Shown here: positions 31,097 through 32,000 of the stretch, piece by piece | Layout: every line of letters begins with the position of its first letter | Position numbering within the stretch: the first letter of the stretch is position 1 | Source of the DNA: Pirellula staleyi DSM 6068 | GTDB taxonomy: Bacteria > Planctomycetota > Planctomycetia > Pirellulales > Pirellulaceae | DNA: 32,000 nucleotides | NCBI GenBank assembly: GCA_000025185.1 | Contig: CP001848.1 | Coordinates: 870,001-902,000, forward strand | Reading direction: 5' to 3' | Notes under the pieces: model-generated | Database searches by the model: none | Told to the model about the DNA's origin: nothing | Seen by the model: the letters and a program-made list of their open reading frames with translations, nothing else | Made by a program: the position numbers and the translations under genes

Positions 31097-32000
31097 CTAA
31101 ATCTGCGAATCGACTTCGTAGGAATGCGTGGCGAGCTGCGGGCGATTGTCGGTGACCATGGGGCTGGTCATCGCGACCACGAGCCAGGCCAAACCACACA
31201 CCACCCAGGCAATTACGATCCCGACGAGCGCCCACACAAGGCTGCTTCCTTCGGGGTCGTACATACGACGGACTTCTTCAAAAATCGCGACCGCCACGAG
31301 GTTCACAATCCCCAGGGGGAGCATCACTTTCCAGGCGAGCGACATCAGCTGATCGAAGCGGAAGCGAGGCCAGCTCCAGCGCACGAGCATGAAGAACAAA
31401 ATGACGAGGAAGATTTTGGCGTTCAGCACACCGATGCGGGCGATGGCGTGCAGCCAAGTGATGTCGCCATCGGCAGGTCCGGTGATCCCCCAGAAATGCC
31501 AGCCGCCGAAGAACAGCATCACGATCAGGAACGAGGCGGTGATCATGTGCAGAAATTCTGCGACGAGGAACAGCAGCAGCTTGAGGCCTGCATATTCGGT
31601 GTGATAGCCACCGATGAGTTCTTGTTCGCATTCGGGAAGATCGAACGGCAAGCGGGCCGCTTCGGCAAACGCAGCGATCACAAACACAATCAATCCCAGC
31701 GGCTGTGCAAAGGCATACCAAACCCCGGTGCGGGCTTGTGAAGTGATTAGCTCTTCGAGGTTGAGCGAACCGGCGCACAGGACGACACCCAGGATGCCCA
31801 GGCCCATCGGAAGTTCGTACGCAATCAGCTGAGCCGAGCTACGCAGACCACCGAGGAAGCTGTATTTGTTGTTGCTCGACCAGCCGCCAAGGATCACGCC
31901 GTAGACAGCGATGCTCGAGAGGGCGAACACATAGATCATGCCGATATCGGCCCCGGGCGCTACGACGAGATCGATTTTGTCCTTCACTTCCACCGGCCCG
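31097..32000 (-). CDS. nuoH: NADH-quinone oxidoreductase subunit H (5'-partial, continues beyond the window edge)
   Basis: GGWSSNNKYSFLGGLRSSAQLIAYELPMGL, PFDLPECEQELIGGYHTEYAG and RWSWPRFRFDQLM are hallmark NuoH/ND1 blocks. The frame stays open to position 32000, and about 100 N-terminal residues of a canonical NuoH are missing. The GTG at 31993 in the ORF track is therefore internal. Confidence 0.92.
   Translation of the reverse strand, partial: GPVEVKDKIDLVVAPGADIGMIYVFALSSIAVYGVILGGWSSNNKYSFLGGLRSSAQLIAYELPMGLGILGVVLCAGSLNLEELITSQARTGVWYAFAQPLGLIVFVIAAFAEAARLPFDLPECEQELIGGYHTEYAGLKLLLFLVAEFLHMITASFLIVMLFFGGWHFWGITGPADGDITWLHAIARIGVLNAKIFLVILFFMLVRWSWPRFRFDQLMSLAWKVMLPLGIVNLVAVAIFEEVRRMYDPEGSSLVWALVGIVIAWVVCGLAWLVVAMTSPMVTDNRPQLATHSYEVDSQI

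Overview
GC-rich bacterial chromosomal window, densely coded on both strands. I infer a Planctomycetota (Pirellulales-like) origin from gene content alone: an H4MPT-type formyltransferase, a degenerate 'YRLLGI' J-like domain protein with a proline-rich linker, a PQQ-like beta-propeller, and oversized complex I membrane subunits. I support 27 protein genes, 1 tRNA, 2 hairpin terminators and 1 microsatellite. Most of the content is housekeeping. It includes a DksA/TraR zinc finger, a GT4 glycosyltransferase, DUF1963, tRNA-Leu(GAG), a GlsB/YeaQ-family protein, ftr/fhcD, an MnmE-like GTPase, a class II photolyase, def-fmt, an M50 protease and an Mrp/ApbC-like ATPase. A sigma54-EBP-like regulator is followed by a receiver-like ORF. 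The distal half of the NADH:quinone oxidoreductase operon (nuoH-I-J-K-L-M-N, minus strand) has nuoH running off the right edge. No CRISPR array, mobile element or recognisable defence system is present. The least ordinary part is a gene-poor locus of about 1.85 kb (17602-19447). It holds about 0.8 kb of GC-rich non-coding DNA with recurring CG-rich motifs and palindromes, then an AT-rich island, then a hairpin-dense leader of about 345 nt with two cUUCGg tetraloops and a perfect 10-bp stem. Next comes a 39-aa Lys/Ala-rich histone-H1-like microprotein gene too short for the ORF track, a bidirectional terminator, and 15 perfect copies of a 7-bp repeat directly after the mrp stop codon. Other oddities are degenerate catalytic motifs: EBP Walker A K to R with no GAFTGA, Mrp CxxC to CPDT, a receiver lacking the acidic pocket, a J domain without HPD, and MnmE without CIGK. 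NuoL and NuoM also carry His-rich insertions. All functional calls rest on motif recognition by eye, since no database search was possible.
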